Assembly: GCF_001194135.2 (NCBI RefSeq)
Contig: NC_068983.1
Location: 42,589,813-42,624,859, forward strand
Direction of reading: 5' to 3'
Length of the DNA: 35,047 nt
Origin: Octopus bimaculoides
Lineage: Eukaryota
Shown here: in pieces, positions 1-11,242 of the stretch
How positions within the stretch are numbered: position 1 is the stretch's first letter
Layout of the letters: every line of letters starts with the position of its first letter
Program-made: the position numbers and the translations under genes
The notes under the pieces: generated by a model
Seen by the model: the letters and a program-made list of their open reading frames with translations, nothing else
The model's database searches: none
Told to the model about the DNA's origin: nothing

Positions 1-250
1 GGGTGGCACATAAAAGACACCATTTCGAGCATGGCCGTTGCCAGTATCGCCTGACTGGCCTTCGTGCAGGTGACACGTAAAAGCACCTACTACACTCTCT
101 GAGTGGTTGGCATTAGGAAGGGCATCCAGCTGTAGAAACTCTGCCAAATTTAGATTGGAGCCTGGTGTTGCCATCCGGTTTCACCAGTCCTCAGTCAAAT
201 CGTCCAACCCATGCTAGCATGGAAAGCGGACGTTAAACGATGATGATGAT
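1..250 (+). mobile_element. Family A non-autonomous retroposon (RTE-like), young copy, cut by window edge
   Basis: Body motif GTGGTTGGCATTAGGAAGGGCATCCAGCTGTAGAAAC, 3' end CCAACCCATGCTAGCATGGAAAGCGGACGTTAAAC plus (GAT)n tail. Closely similar to 13840-14082. RTE affinity is inferred from tail type and motif recall. Confidence 0.8.
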
Positions 251-281
251 GATATATATATATAAAATCAATATATTACAC

Positions 282-540
282 ATTTCAGTCACTCGACTGT
301 GGCCTTGCTGGAACACCTTAAAGAGTTTTTAGTCAAAGAAATCAACCCCAGGACTTTGTAAGCCTAGTACTTATTCTACCAGTTTTTGATTTTTGCTGAA
401 CCACTAGGTTACAGGTACATAAACACACCACCATTGGTTGTCATGCGATGGTGAGGGGACAAACACAGACACACAAAAATACATACATACATACATACAT
501 ACAATGGGCTTCTTTCAGCTCCACCCACTAAATCCACTCA
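282..540 (-). mobile_element. tRNA-headed SINE family B1, 5'-truncated
   Basis: Aligns by eye with 5377-5769: tail ...CAGCATGGCC..GTCAAATGACTGAAAC, internal (TG/TATG)n tract, body AAATCCACTCA. Confidence 0.75.
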
Positions 541-985
541 GAAGAGTGACACTGTTGGGCAGGTGAAATAGGCTGAACCTGGCCTATTTGAATATAAAAC
601 AAGCAGAACATTTGGGCTGAATATGGCTAGGACTAAAACATTACTGTAAGATAAAGGGCAAACTGACAAAATTCAGCAGGTTTTTAAAGAGTGTATAAAG
701 TGAACAATGAATATTTAATAATGAAATTAATCAAACTCATGCAATATATATGATGACATCTGCAAATAAATACATTTAAAAGGGCAGCAAAATGGAAAAA
801 AAATTAGCAGGAATTAGTCACAATAATCACTTGCTACAACTAATATTGACAATGTAAGAAAGATTATTTGTTGAGGATGCAGTTAAAATCTAGGAAAACA
901 CCAGTTGTTAAGAGATTATACATGCTGTCTCTGAAACAATTAACAAGAACAAATTGAACGAAAAGCATAATCAATCATTAGTCCC

Positions 986-1217
986 TTAACCCTCTTGATA
1001 CCGACCCACCTGCAAAAACTGCCCCTAGTCCTATGACATAAAAAAGATTCTTGCTTTAAAGGGTCCTAAATTAAAGCATTCCAACAAAAGTTTATGTTTT
1101 ATTCCAAACACTAGCTTAAATAATGACTAAGTACTTTTACTAAAGTCATGATTATTTTTTATATCGTTTCAAACAAAGGCAGTCTATTTCAGCAGAAATA
1201 TGGCAACAAAAGGGTTA
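986..1217. mobile_element. piggyBac-like MITE, family E
   Basis: TTAA-CCCTCTTGATACC ... GGCAACAAAAGGG-TTA(T): imperfect TIRs starting CCC, flanked by TTAA or near-TTAA. Partial relatives at about 7120-7218 and 27620-27908. Confidence 0.65.
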
Positions 1218-2014
1218 TGGAGAATTTCAGATGAAAGTATAAAACTAATTTTGTTATTCATTGATTAATGACTAATGATTGTCCAGTAGTTTGAAAGGGG
1301 AAGAAAAGGCAGATTAAAAAAAGAAAATAAAAAAAGGAAAAACACGATGGGTGAGTAAACCTACTTGTGAGGGTTTGTTCATTCGTTTCCATAGCGGAAT
1401 AAAAGGGGAGAATTCTGGTGTCCAGGCCTAGAGTAACTATTGATTAAGACAGGATTTCGGCCAAAGTTTAGAGGGAAATATTATATTTTTCTCTTTTAGA
1501 GATCACCTATGCAAAAAAAATTTGGGAGAGAAACAAGATATTTATTTATTACACATGAGAATTAACAACAGAGATGTTGTTCTTGTAAAATAAAACAAAC
1601 TAAGAATACGGATACAACAAATGGAAAAACCTGAGAATACTGGAATGAAGAAGTCAATACATACAATGTAAGAATGACAAACATGACACACTTTCTAAGA
1701 TGAAATTGCTGTAGAATTAGTGTTATTGATAAGGTGAAAATTAATCGAGAGGAAAAAAAAAATGTTGCTAGATGTAAGTCACATGGTTAGCTATATCAAG
1801 TAACTAAAAAGCTTCTTTAGGAAAATAAATCTTATTCTATGTGAGGTAAACCTCATAAAACCAAAAATGATATGGATTGGTTTAGGTAAAGAAGAAACAA
1901 AAGGGTGACATATCAGATACTATTTGAGGATATACTGGATGGAATAGTTATCAGATATTACACTGGCCTGTTAAAATACTGGGTTGAAAGTTAAGAAAAA
2001 CAAGACAGGAATCC

Positions 2015-2160
2015 ACAGAGTAGATCGAACAGTTAATATGTTAGGTTGGACAATTAACACACTGTATTGAACACATTGGGGCAAGCAGTTAACACAAGGG
2101 ATTAAACAGTTAACAGACATTAGATTGAACAGTCAATGCATTTAATCAAACAGCTGTCTC
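2015..2160. repeat. Degenerate ~21-bp minisatellite (consensus ~TTAGATTGAACAGTTAACACA)
   Basis: About 6-7 imperfect units containing RAACAGTTAA. Confidence 0.5.
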
Positions 2161-2291
2161 ATCAGAATGACATCGGAACAAAAATATAGAACGAAATGTT
2201 TAGAAGTTTATAATTGATGAAATTATGGCAAACCTGATAGAGTTCTGTTTTAGCTCAGACCAGGAGAATAAATTTGTGAAATAATGTAGAT

Positions 2292-2670
2292 TTAACTCTT
2301 TAACATTTAAACCAACCATATACAGCCCAAATATTCTACCTGTCTTATGTTCAAACCAGCCAGGCCTAGCCTGTCACACCTATCTTACAATGTTATTTAC
2401 AATTAAGCAATAACTTCATCAAAATCTCAAAGCTGTGAGATAATGCATTTCTTTTTTTTTTCTTTCCCTTTTTAAAGTTCGTTTCCCATCCTGGCATGGG
2501 TTGGAAGATTTGACCAGAGCTGGTGATCAGGGGAGCTGCACCAGGTTCCAGTCTGATTTGACATGGTTTCTACAACTAGATGCCTTTCTTAATGCCAAAT
2601 GATTAATCAAAAATACTGTGATTAAATAAACATTACATTTGATACAGTAATCTGAATGCTAAAAGGTTAA
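2292..2670. mobile_element. piggyBac-like MITE family D, interrupted by a family A fragment (~2465-2598, minus strand)
   Basis: TTAACTCTTTAACATT ... AATGCTAAAAGGTTAA. Halves are collinear with intact copies at 2685-2911 and 16545-16769. Confidence 0.8.
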
Positions 2671-2684
2671 ATATATGAAGAGTT

Positions 2685-2911
2685 TTAACCTTTAGCATTT
2701 AAACCGGCCATATCTGCCCAAAATACTCTACCTGCAATATATTCAAACTGTCCAGATGTGGCCTCTCACAACAATCCTACAATAGTATCCTAAAAATTAT
2801 CAGTTACCTCATCAAAATCTTAAAGCTACAAGATAATGCATGATTAGTTCAAAGCAATATGACTAAAAAAGCATTACTTTTGATGGAATAATGTGAATGC
2901 TAAAAGGTTAA
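2685..2911. mobile_element. piggyBac-like MITE family D, intact
   Basis: TTAA-CCTTTAGCATT ... AATGCTAAAAGG-TTAA terminal inverted repeats with TTAA flanks. Confidence 0.85.
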
Positions 2912-3294
2912 ACTGTGTCAGAGATAACGTCTATTCTACTCCTGATACTAAGTAACCTCATGCCAAAGTTATACTCCATAATTATTCAAATCCTAGAAGC
3001 ACAACCTACTTCCTCATCCTCTCTTCAATGATGCACAAAGTTGCTACAAAAACCAAATCTCAGAATTTCTCATGAACTTTCCAGGCAATCTTACATACAT
3101 AACAAAATAAAATCTGGTCTTCATCTTAAAAAACAAACCTCTCTTCTTCAGATCTTGTTCCACCAGGCAAAATGGTAATTAAAGTGTGCCTTGTATGCCA
3201 GAAAATATGGTACTTTGTAAGTTACCTGTCATATGATGGTTAAAACTAGTGAGTGTGTGTGTGTGCGTGCAAAAGTAAAAAAAAAAAAAAACAA

Positions 3295-3455
3295 AGACAA
3301 GGTAAGAATAAACAAAACAGTTTATGCTCAGGGAAACTGGAAGATAAAAATCTTTTATGATTTGAACGTATGCTCTTTGACAAGAAGAAAAGATGATGAA
3401 AGAAAATGAAAAAGGAAGAGAAAAGAAAGTGTTTCAATTAGATTGTTACCATACA
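3295..3455 (-). mobile_element. Penelope-like terminal repeat (family P1), degenerate
   Basis: Shares ATGCTCAGG(G)AAA and the hairpin motif with 14705-15015 and 19820-19975; abuts (TA)n and a gap. Confidence 0.5.
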
Positions 3456-3480
3456 TTGTTTTATATATATATATATATAT

Positions 3481-3673
3481 NNNNNNNNNNNNNNNNNNNN
3501 NNNNNNNNNNNNNNNNNNNNNNNNNNNNNNNNNNNNNNNNNNNNNNNNNNNNNNNNNNNNNNNNNNNNNNNNNNNNNNNNNNNNNNNNNNNNNNNNNNNN
3601 NNNNNNNNNNNNNNNNNNNNNNNNNNNNNNNNNNNNNNNNNNNNNNNNNNNNNNNNNNNNNNNNNNNNNNNNN
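3481..3673. other. Assembly gap (N run)
   Basis: N run flanked by (TA)n. Confidence 1.
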
Positions 3674-3679
3674 ATATAT

Positions 3680-4542
3680 GAATAAACTGTCATCTAAATT
3701 ACGCAAAAGTGAAAACACTGACATTTTATTTTAACATATATTTACCAAAATTACATAAAAATATTTTGAAATTTAAATATATAAAAATATCTTTAAATTT
3801 ATTCAATAAAATCGCCATTGGCTTCAACCACAGCCTCCAGACGACTTCGGAATCTCTTGCAACTCTTCTGGACGGTCTCCTTGTTTAAGTTGGTGGAAGC
3901 TGCCATAATCCTTGCCTTCAGATCATCTTTGGTGTTACAAAGAGTGTTGCTGGTCTCTCGCTCAACTGCGCCCCACATGTACTAATCAAGGGGGTCGCAG
4001 TCTGGGGAGTTAAGTGGCCAGATGTTACAGGTCTGACATCCATGACTGGGTTCTCCTGCTTGTGTGGCATGGTGCAGAGTCCTGTTGCCAGACATAGGGT
4101 CTTCCAGCAGCCACCCTCTTGACTCGGGGCAGTACTACCTCCTTCAGGGACTCGATGTAGGCCTCTGTGATGAGTCTGAGGTCGTATGAGAAGATGAATG
4201 GGAGCATAACGCCTCCATCACTAGTTATCACTCCAAACATCATGATGTTGACAGGGTGTTTGATTTTTAGCACTCTCGGTTCATGTTCTCAAATTGCATT
4301 GTCTTCAGATTGACACCCAAACACTTTGAAATGTTCATATTGGAGCTTCCGGCACAAATGCCAAGCAGTACAGCATGTCGTTCCCAAATTTCTGGCAGAG
4401 TGAACTGTCATGGTGCTGTTTTTCTCATACAGTGCCCAACTGATCCTACTATACCGTGTAGTCAACAAAATTAAAAACAGACAATGCACATGCACAAAAT
4501 TAAAAATATAAAATGGCAACAATTTACCCATCGCACACTGTG
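3680..4542 (-). mobile_element. Internally deleted Tc1/mariner-superfamily DNA transposon (DDD type, maT-like)
   Basis: Right end reads TA-CACAGTGTGCGATGGGTAAATTGT on the minus strand. The left TIR is partly lost in the gap. Contains the transposase remnant listed next. Confidence 0.85.
3799..4411 (-). pseudogene. Transposase pseudogene (Tc1/mariner, DDD catalytic type)
   Basis: Translated pieces: N-terminal HTH-like ERHAVLLGICAGSSNMNISKCLGVNLKTMQ; KHPVNIMMFGVITSDG...WQQDSAPCHTS; after a frameshift NIWPLNSPDCDPLD*YMWGAVERET...RFRSRLEAVVEANGDFIE*. Frameshifts, an internal stop and a large deletion. Confidence 0.9.
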
Positions 4543-4604
4543 TATGTATGTATGTATGTATGTATGAATGTACGTATGTGTATATATATATAAAATGAAC
4601 ATTT

Positions 4605-4785
4605 CTTTAACATTCAGATTAGTTTGCCAAATGTAATTCTTATTTATTCACATTGCTTTGAATTAATTATGCATTATTGTTTTGGAATGATATTGTAGAA
4701 TAGGTATGAGGGATCAGATCTGGCCAATTTAAACATAAACCGGGCAGAATATTTTGACCAAATATGGCCAGTTTAAATGCTAAAA
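4605..4785. mobile_element. Family D MITE, opposite orientation, eroded ends
   Basis: CTTTAACATTCAGATT ... GGCCAGTTTAAATGCTAAA. Further partial copies at ~545-640 and 27363-27580. Confidence 0.75.
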
Positions 4786-4889
4786 TGAAGCTATCATTTC
4801 ATAAAGGAAATGGCAGTGTTATTTGAACAAAACAAAATTCTAAATACTTCGTGTTAATGTTTTAAATGCATAGAGCATTACAACAATGG

Positions 4890-5289
4890 ATACCTTTGCT
4901 TCCATGCTTGCACGAGAGTTTATTGAGGCCGATTTTCTACAGCTGGATGCCCTTCCTGCTGCCAACCCTTACCTGTTTCCAAACAAGGTAATATTTCATC
5001 ATGGTCACACATATTTTCACATAAGATTAGAAACAAAGGACACCGCTTGTATGATGGTGATGTTCCTTTACAACTATCACACAATGTCAAGACAAGGAGA
5101 CACACAAACACAGACATACACACATGCTTCTGCACATAACAGGCCCCTTTCGGTTTCCCATACCAAATCCATTTATAAGGTTTTGATCAACTGAAGGCTT
5201 TAAGCATAAGATACTTGACCAAAATCTCATGCAGTAGGACTGACCCAAAATTCTCGGTTCACAAGTGAGATCCTTGACCACATCTGCAC
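4890..5289 (-). mobile_element. SINE family B2 (B head + (TG)n + G body + A-like tail)
   Basis: B-type head at 5150-5289 joined through (CA)n to GGATGCCCTTCCTGCTGCCAACCC and TTCCATGCTTGCA. Confidence 0.7.
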
Positions 5290-5376
5290 GTAGAAATATA
5301 TCTGGTGAAGACCAAAATGAAGTTTACTCACCACTCCAGGTGTTAGATATACTCACACTAACAAACTGCTTTTTCA

Positions 5377-5769
5377 TCTTTTATCTTCTATGTGTTTCAA
5401 TCATTAGACAGCAGCCAAGCTAGAGCATCACCTTGAACTTTTAGTTGAATGAAATTACCCAAATACTAACCTTTTTTTTTTTAAATCCTGGCACTGATTC
5501 TATCAGACTCTTTTGCCAAACTGCTAATTTATGTGGATGTAAACATACTAACCCTGGTTGTCCAGTGGTGGTGGTGGACAAACAAAGACACACACATATA
5601 CACACGTGTTATGGGCTTCTTTTAGTTTCCATTTACCGAATCCACTCACAAGGCTTTGGATGACTTGAGACTAGTAGAAGACTTTTGCCCAAAGTGATAT
5701 GCAGGGGAACTGAACCTGGAACCATGTGGTTTGGAAACAAGCTTCTTATCACACAGCCATACCTGCACC
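5377..5769 (-). mobile_element. SINE family B1, full length
   Basis: Minus strand: A box TGGCTGTGTGA, B box GGTTCAGTTCC, CTTTGGGCAAAAGTCTTCTACTAG, (TG) tract, tail ending GATTGAAACAC. Confidence 0.8.
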
Positions 5770-6044
5770 TATGTGTCACACCTATGAATGTTATTTCCAA
5801 ACAAAACATTGCATAACATTTTCATATATTTTCCCCAAATAAAGTAGTATTAATGTAATCTCTGAGGCTGTTGTTGTTCTTGTTATTAATGTAGTCCCTG
5901 ATTAATCTGGTGCTGAGAATTATATTATATTTAAACTAATATCATCATTGAAATGTCTACATATAAATGAGAGCAGTTCTTTAGCTTTCATAACGCTTTC
6001 AGTAATATTCTAAGATAAAAATAAAATAAAAAAACTGCTACATT

Positions 6045-6057
6045 GTATGTATGTGTA

Positions 6058-6088
<31 letters not shown>

Positions 6089-6320
6089 ATGCCTATGCAT
6101 ATGTGTGAATATGTAAGTAGGTATGGATAAGAATGCATGTATGTAAATATTTATGTGAATATGTATGTATATATATATGTATGTGTGTGTGTGTGGATAT
6201 ATATGTATGTATGTCTATGTAAATATGCATGTGTGTGTGTGTGTGTGTGTGTGTGAATATGTAAGTCGGTATGTATGTGTAGATAAGTACGCATGTGTGT
6301 ACATGTGAGTGTATGTATCG
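6045..6320. repeat. Compound (TG)n/(TATG)n microsatellite
   Basis: Direct inspection. Confidence 0.95.
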
Positions 6321-6710
6321 GGGAAATATCAATTTTAAAATCAACCTCACGATCTAAAAAGAACAGTCTATTAGTTTCATATGTATAAGTTAGTTATTGA
6401 AAATATATTAGAAACTGAAGTTAGTTTAACCTTTGGCTGTCATTAAAAATAAACTTGCTATAACCAGATTTTTGCAATAATTTTGATGCAAAATGATTAA
6501 AAATTGTTATTAAAAAAACTAACACACTAACTACCTATATAAGAAAGTTTTTCTTTTCCTGTATTTTCTGATTGTAACCTTAATTACTTTCATCTATTTA
6601 TAAGCCATTAACAAAGACCTCACGGCCATCCAGGTCTAGGTACAACAACATTTCATAATGACCTAAGCAATGTATTTATTTATTCAATCAATAGGTACAG
6701 GTATGGCTAC

Positions 6711-7097
6711 AGGTGAAGGTGTGGTTGAGTGGTTAAGAAATTTGCTTTCCAACCTGATGCTTCATGTTCAGTCACAGTGTAGCAGTTTGGACAGTGTGTT
6801 CTATATTCCAGGCCTTGCAAGGGAATATGTTAGAGACACTGAAAGAAGCTAATTGTGTGAGTGTATGTGTGTGTTTCTGCATACCCTTGCCTTCACATCA
6901 ATTGATGATCCTAAATGAGTATCACTGTCATGCTAACGATGCCGTTAATTTCCTGTTTTCTACAGCAAAATTGCTTGGAAACGGATGAGGGTTGACACCT
7001 GAAAGAGCATCCAGCAGCATCCATGTGCTAAAAATCTGACTCAACAAATACCATTTGAATAATGCAAGCACGGGAAAGTCACCATTAAATGATGATA
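6711..7097 (+). mobile_element. SINE family B2, old full-length copy
   Basis: Head GGTGAAGGTGTGGTTGAGTGG...GTTCAGTC, (TG) tract, GGAAACGGATGAGGGTTGACACCTGAAAGAGCATCCAGC, tail TTAAATGATGAT. Confidence 0.6.
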
Positions 7098-7584
7098 TCT
7101 GGAACATAAACTAACACGAAATTTCAATGGGAAGTTTTAATTTAGACCATGTTAAAACAGGACGTTTGTAGCAGAGATCCAGGGGCAGCCCCAGGCTGGT
7201 TTGGCATCAAAAGGGTTACAGTTTTGATAGTTTATCTTCCGATTCTTCCTAACATTTTATCTGACCCTTAACTAACTATGGCTTGATTGAATGAATGCCT
7301 TGACTTGTGATAGATTAGGGGCACCATCCCTGTCTATTATTTCTCAAAGGAACAGAAAAATCACCCACCACCACCACCACCACACACACTATTCTGTGTG
7401 AACTACTTCAACTGTATTTCTTTAAATGGTGACATGACTTGCTAGAAATAGCACATATCCTATCAGGCTTAAAAGAGAAGGACACTAACATACCTGCAAA
7501 AGTGAGTTAAAAAAAAGAAAAAAAAAGGCAATCACAATTAGAAAACCTTTGATTATATTTCTACTCTAACATGACTGATTATAT

Positions 7585-7752
7585 GGTGCAGGCGTGGCCA
7601 TGTGGTAAGAAGCTTGCTTCCCAACCACATGGTTCCAAGTTCAAACCCATTGCATAGCACCTTGGGCAAATACTTTCTACTACAGCCTCAAGATGACCAA
7701 AGCCTTGTGAGTGGATTTGGTAGACGGAAACTGAAAGAAGCTTATGTGTGTG
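7585..7752 (+). mobile_element. SINE B head (tRNA-derived)
   Basis: A box TGGCCATGTGG, B box GTTCAAACCC, CCTTGGGCAAAT. Other heads at ~9145-9267(-), 12520-12680(-), 17400-17520(+). Confidence 0.8.
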
Positions 7753-7839
7753 AAATTCCAAAAGAATTGCTGCAAAGTATTTTCTCTGATGCTCAAGGTT
7801 TCTCTGGCGATTCTGCCAGCTCACTGCCTTAAAAATATC

Positions 7840-7877
<38 letters not shown>

Positions 7878-7879
<2 letters not shown>

Positions 7880-8090
7880 GCTTCAAATTTAACCACAAGG
7901 GCAGCAATTTTGTGGGGGAGGGGATAAATTGATTATATTGACCCCAGTGTTCAAGTGTTCTGTGTTCTATCGACCCCAATAGGATTAAAGGCAAAATTGA
8001 CAACGGAATTTGAACTCAGAATACAGCAGTGGATGAAAAACAGCTAAGCATTTTGCTCAGCACGCTAACGTTTCTGCCAGCTTGCTGCCT
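7878..8090 (-). mobile_element. SINE family C with (TTA)n tail
   Basis: Reverse complement of the 17979-18214 head and core; adjacent (AAT)n at 7841-7877 is its tail. Other C copies at ~11262-11430(-), 14125-14280(-), 18478-18580(-), 29790-29945(-), 29965-30175(-), 31845-31985(+), 32485-32625(+). Confidence 0.8.
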
Positions 8091-8211
8091 TTACAAAACA
8101 AGACCCAACCAGAGTCAAGGCAAATGATGATAATTCCCAGAATTATTTGACTACATTTTAAAACTAGAATAACGTTAGTGTTACAAATGGAAAAAGAAGG
8201 AAAAAATGCAA

Positions 8212-8213
<2 letters not shown>

Positions 8214-8297
<84 letters not shown>

Positions 8298-8310
8298 AAG
8301 AGAAAGAGAG
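8214..8310. repeat. (GA)n microsatellite
   Basis: Direct inspection. Similar purine tracts at 21570-21815 and 22870-22958. Confidence 0.95.
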
Positions 8311-8589
8311 ATGATGAAAGTCATCTTAATTTGTTCGCTGACCTTTTCCAAAAATGTTTCAATTTAGGTATTTTAGTTTTTTATTTTTAGGAACAACTGT
8401 TTCAATTACGTTCATTTGTAACATAAAAATCAATGTTGAATGATCAGTTGATTCCAAATTTCTTCATTTACCGATTCAACCATTTACTTCATTTAATGTT
8501 AAACTTATAATCAATGCTCAGTGATGGTTGACTAAAATGGGACGAAGGGAACACTGCTGATCTCCAGGTAGTCATCGTCACCATTATTG

Positions 8590-9045
8590 TGATCATCCCT
8601 TAGCATTCATGTTCCAAGCTGGCATAGGTTGGATGCTTTGACAGGATCCAACCAGTCCGATGACTGCACTGTGCTCCACCAATCCACTTCGACATGGTTT
8701 CTCTGGCTGGGTATCCTTCTTGATACCAACCACTCTCCTTGTTTATCCTTTCTATAAGAAGAAGAACACATGTTTAAAACATAAAACACATTGTCTTTGT
8801 TTTTCCTATTTCTTGAGCACATTAATCTAATATATTCTGTGCTTGCTTGTTTCTTTTTACTTAGCGCCACATAAAAAACATTGGTAATGATACCACATAG
8901 AAAGCATCCAGAACACACAGTAAAGTGGTTGGTATTAGGAAGAGCATCCAGCTGTAGAAACCATGCCAAAACAGACTATGGAATTTGGTGTGGCCCCCTA
9001 CCATCCAAACTATGCCCGCATGGAAAACAGATGTTAAATGATGAT
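8590..9045. mobile_element. Two family A copies in inverted orientation (8590-8738 minus, 8865-9045 plus)
   Basis: Both carry the GGAAGRGCATCCAGC core and the CCATGC..GCATGGAA end. Confidence 0.7.
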
Positions 9046-9088
9046 AATGTGTATATATGTGCATATATAAACACATGTATGTGTATGT

Positions 9089-9145
<57 letters not shown>

Positions 9146-9674
9146 TGGGCTTCTGTACAGTTTCCACCAACCAGATTCTAACCACAAGGCACAGGTCAAT
9201 TCAATATGATGCTGCAGCAGAAGACATTTGGCCTAAGTGCAGCACAGTGGTATTTGAACCCTGAACCCAGTGACGGTGACCAGAACAGTTTACACCACCA
9301 ACAAGTCATTTGATCAGAGATTAGTAGCAACAACAACAACAACACCAACAAGGGTCAACACAGAAACCCCCTCGAGTACAAAACAAGTAAATATAAGTAT
9401 CTCAGATAACACAGGTTAACATTTACCAAGGTATGATATTACAAGCAGTTAGAGCTAAACAGAAATCAAATCACTTCAGTGCTGCTATCAAATCTGTAAA
9501 TAAATTACCGAAAAATAACAGGATGTCACCATAGCAGAAAAACTGGTTACACAAACATTCTCACATCTGACCTTTCAGTCAGCCGTTGTAACACTGGCAA
9601 AAAAAGTTTTAGTGAAGGTCGTACATGGTAGAGTCTGTTAGAACAATGGGCAAAGGGCATTGCATTGTTTAGTT

Positions 9675-9958
9675 ATTCTTTTATCTGTTTCAGTCATTTG
9701 ACTGAGGCCATGCTAGAGCACCACCTTTTAGTCAAGCAAGTTGACCCCAGGACTTAGTCTTTGTAAGTTTGGTACTTATTCTATCAGTCCCTTTTGCTGA
9801 ATCGCTAAGTAATTTCCATTTACCAAATCCACTCACAAGGTTATGGTCAGCCTGAAGCTATTGTAGAAGACACTTACCCAAGGTGCCACACAGTGGGACT
9901 GAACCCAGAACCATGTGGTTGGGAAGCAAGCTCCTTACCACACAGCCACATGTGCACC
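9675..9958 (-). mobile_element. SINE B1 with internal deletion
   Basis: Tail and head collinear with 5377-5769; middle (TG) segment missing. Confidence 0.8.
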
Positions 9959-10052
9959 TATATGTAACATTATTGAGATCTCAAGCTCAAATCCTTCCGA
10001 AGTCTACTGTGTCCCTTCATCCTTCCAGAGGTCAGTAAGACAGGGGTCAATA

Positions 10053-10375
10053 ACCGGCACTCCATCAGTTACAATGACAAGAGTTGCAGTTAATCTGATT
10101 AATGGAACAGCCAGCTCATGAAATTAACATACAAGTGGCTGAGCACTCCATAGATACACTTATCCTTAACGTAGTTCTCAGGGAGATTCAGCATGGCACA
10201 GAATGTGAGAAGGTTGGCCTTTTAAAATACAACTCATTTTTGCCTGCTGTGTAGACTGGAGCAATATGAAATGGAGTGACTTGCTTAAGGACATGATGCA
10301 CCGCAGGGAATTGAACTCCCGATCTAGCAATCATGAGTCAATTCCCCTCCTAACCACTGAGACATGTGCCTCCAC
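10053..10375 (-). mobile_element. tRNA-headed SINE family F
   Basis: Reverse complement of 24488-24815 (CAAGTGGCTGAGCACTCCA, GTAGTTCTCAGGGAGATTCAGC). A partial copy lies at 23815-23992. Confidence 0.8.
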
Positions 10376-10696
10376 CAAGTTACCATCTAATAGGGAGATG
10401 AACCGCATCAATATCATCCTCATAATTTTGCAACCAGAGTTAGGCCGTTTTGTTTAATACCTTTTATTCTATAATATTTCGAGAGCTGGACGCTCATTCT
10501 GTTGCCAACCATCTGCTATTTTTCAAGTAAGGGATTTTCTTTTTTACTCCAGAGGAATTAGAAAGTGGACCCTTTGTTGATACATAATATCAACACCCAC
10601 CCTCATCACCTGTTACCATAACAGCACATACAAACAAACACACATTAATCCATGCACATGTATTTTTGTACATATGTGTGTGTGCACACGTCTATG

Positions 10697-11242
10697 CTGG
10701 TGGCAAGTAAAATGCCGGTGGCAAGTAAAAAGCACCATACGAATGTGATCATTGCCAGGCCCACCTTACTAGCTCCTGTGCCAGTGGCACATAAAAAGCA
10801 CCCACTACACTCTCAGAGCGGTTCATGTCAGGAAGGGCATCCAGCTGTAGAAACATTGCCAGGTGCAGCTGCTGGCTTTCCAGATCTGAGTCAAACCGTC
10901 CAACCCATGCCAGTATGGAAAATGGATGTTAAACGACGATGATGATGATATACACTGCCCAGGTGTCAAAACCATAATGATATTTGTAGGGCAGCTGATG
11001 ATGGACGTATGTTGGCTTGTTTGTATCGCCGTTTTTGTATATGTGGAATAGTATTATAACACATCCTTTTGGTATATATCATCATCATCATTTAATGTCC
11101 ATCTTCTATGCTGGCATGAGCTGGACAGTTCAACGGGCGCTGGAAAGTGGAAGAGCATCACCAGGTTCTGTCGTCTGTTTTGCATGGTCTCTACAGCTAG
11201 GTACCCTTCCTAATGCCAACCACTTTACAAAATGTACTGGAT
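10697..11242. mobile_element. Two family A copies, tail to tail (10697-10950 plus, 11078-11242 minus)
   Basis: Family core and (GAT)n/(ATC)n tails face each other across ~130 bp. Confidence 0.75.

Noticed and set aside
60-150. HDV-like ribozyme at the 5' end of family A (known in some RTE elements)
   Set aside because: Only small hairpins were found; I could not build the nested double pseudoknot by eye.
1365-1427. Minus-strand 63-nt exon candidate
   Set aside because: Open in two frames, but the pyrimidine tract is weak and there is no homology I recognise.
3152-3216. Plus-strand exon candidate (CAG|...|GTAAGT, xLVPPGKMVIKVCLVCQKIWYF)
   Set aside because: Plausible splice sites but no recognisable protein. 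Similar isolated candidates (8391-8417, 15493-15571, 24152, 29435-29497, 34122) do not chain into a recognisable gene.
7585-7660. tRNA genes at SINE heads (also 17979, 24488)
   Set aside because: A and B boxes are present but run into SINE bodies, and no complete cloverleaf is evident.
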